Assembly (NCBI GenBank): GCA_963836075.1
Contig: CAWIIB010000009.1
Span: forward strand, 160,001-224,000
Source of the DNA: an uncultured Acidobacteriota bacterium
GTDB lineage: Bacteria; Acidobacteriota; JAQAZP01
Length of the DNA stretch: 64,000 bases
Reading direction: 5' to 3'
The translations under genes and the position numbers were made by a program. Positions 63,601-64,000 of the stretch are shown here, one piece after another. The notes below the pieces were generated by a model. That model was not told where the DNA came from and ran no database searches. It saw only the letters and a list, made by a program, of their open reading frames with translations. Each line of letters begins with the position of its first letter. Positions within the stretch are counted from its first letter, which is position 1.

Positions 63601-64000
63601 CAATGAGAGCGGTGCGGCGAGCATCATCGCCGGTCCGTCTTCGACGGTTGCCACCACACTCTCCTGTCTGCCCTCTTCAGGCACGCTGCCCTTCACCACC
63701 ACGATCTCGGCGGAACTGATCAATCTCTATACCGGCCAGACACGCCGGTTGGCCGCACGGTTTGACGTGACCCTGGCCGGGGGCGGGTTCTTCGGCAACT
63801 GGCGGGCCGGCTACACCAACGTGGCCGCCGGGAGCAGCTACAGCACCTCGTGGAACCAGGCTATCCCGGCGCTGGGCGCACTGGTGGGCAGCAACCTCTT
63901 CACCCTCCGGGCGACGGACGTGACCCCAGCGCCGTACAACCAGCCGCCCTACCCCGCGGCCGGCGACACCGACACGGCACAGTGCACGGTGGTGGGGAAT
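60677..64000 (+). CDS. Secreted LVIVD-repeat protein (14 repeats) ending in the PYNQPP C-terminal domain; runs off the window end
   Basis: AAGGAG followed by ATG at 60677; signal peptide; 1108 codons in one frame; 42-aa A.GVAVSGDHAFVAD..SGLQVIDISDPT.P repeats; absent from the ORF track because no stop is in the window. Confidence 0.9.
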   Translation, partial: MITKRFALLMMILILALAPTVAPAQQTFTEDFSTTTYMDAFNTTADWNTTDGELKLFPFVITLAGSYDTAGEAWDMVLSGNHAFVADYSSGLQIVDISDLANPVLAGNYDTSGQVRGLAVSGDHAFLADGSPGLLVVDISDPTNPTLAGSYNTADNAFDVVVSGDHAFVADRLSGLQIIDISDPTTPSLIGSYDTSGSAYGVAVSGDLAFVADMSSGLQVIDVSDPTTPVLAGSYTTPSLARDVEVSGNYAYVADGASGLQVVDISDPANPVLAGSGDTPDNAQDLVISGDRAFVADGDTGLLIFDITDPTSPSLATEYDTSGSASGVAVAGNHAFVADGNTGLQVIRISQPTSPMLAGSYETPDLALGVAVSGDHAFVADQISGLQVIDISNPTIPTITGSYDTPGYAHSVAVSGDHAFVADNNSVQVIDISDPTIPVLAGSYDTPSTVRGVAVAGDHAFVTSYYSGLQVIDISDPTNPTLSGSYATSSFARNLAVSGNHAFVGDAYSGLQVINISDPTNPTLAGSYDTPSDARGVAVAGDYAFVTDIDSGLLVIDISDPTNPVLAGSYDTPGSSAYGVTVSGDHAFVVDFISGLQVIDISDPANPTLAGTLDMSDGARSVAVSGDHAFVAGYNFGLQVIQVRQSEVDQSQNIGQSLAMDGTSDAIIRARLTSTETGGLGWDLSADAGTDWTAVTSDGSWTRVAPTGTDLHWRSTHTFAGPGINPTVSELTIDWLNEFGPINSVTDVPDDQGGWVRIDFTRSGYDFADEASLPVVGYNIYRRVDGAALTTLIGDAESLEADTGSMHTAGKSLPYPLPGMKITRLGDRIFVNASGATTDRAGTFPPGTWEIMTYVAATQSDTYQVSVPTLAGTTTYLVTTHTTTPSEWFVSPTASGASVDNIAPAVPMNLLFSGPDVLSWDEAPEPDFGYHTVYGSENPVFDPSATLIGYTIAQTYDVSGSVASYYHLTTSDHSDNESGAASIIAGPSSTVATTLSCLPSSGTLPFTTTISAELINLYTGQTRRLAARFDVTLAGGGFFGNWRAGYTNVAAGSSYSTSWNQAIPALGALVGSNLFTLRATDVTPAPYNQPPYPAAGDTDTAQCTVVGN

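Overview
GC-rich bacterial DNA from a diderm (FadL, lipoproteins). The ECF sigma/FecR-type anti-sigma/dual-ABC block is Acidobacteriota-like, but that assignment is inference. Many single-base frameshifts (about 2.0, 22-28.5, 31.3, 33.1 and 42.5-46.5 kb) look like assembly indels. In order, the window holds: two convergent operons for fatty-acid methylation/desaturation (cfa-like, DUF1365, DUF2878, DUF1295, desaturase); ECF sigma, anti-sigma and ABC exporter genes; a B12 radical SAM gene divergent from a TylF methyltransferase; three secreted cohesin/dockerin-like proteins; a TusA-DsrE-TusA/OsmC-MetE-like operon; a steroid-flavoured locus (5-alpha-reductase, 3-beta-HSD-like SDR, FadL, BstABC-like trio); secA2; arsC-acr3; and several secreted enzymes. 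Three observations stand out. (1) An unnamed ~120-aa C-terminal domain (C-x-P-x-SGTLPF...WRAGY...DVTPxPYNQPPY) caps five unrelated secreted proteins, including a >1108-aa LVIVD protein missing from the ORF track; it is a candidate sorting/anchoring signal. (2) An in-frame TGA followed by a SECIS-like hairpin makes the MetE-like gene a candidate selenoprotein. (3) The steroid-flavoured locus may be a sterol uptake and modification system. No rRNA, tRNA or CRISPR array was seen.
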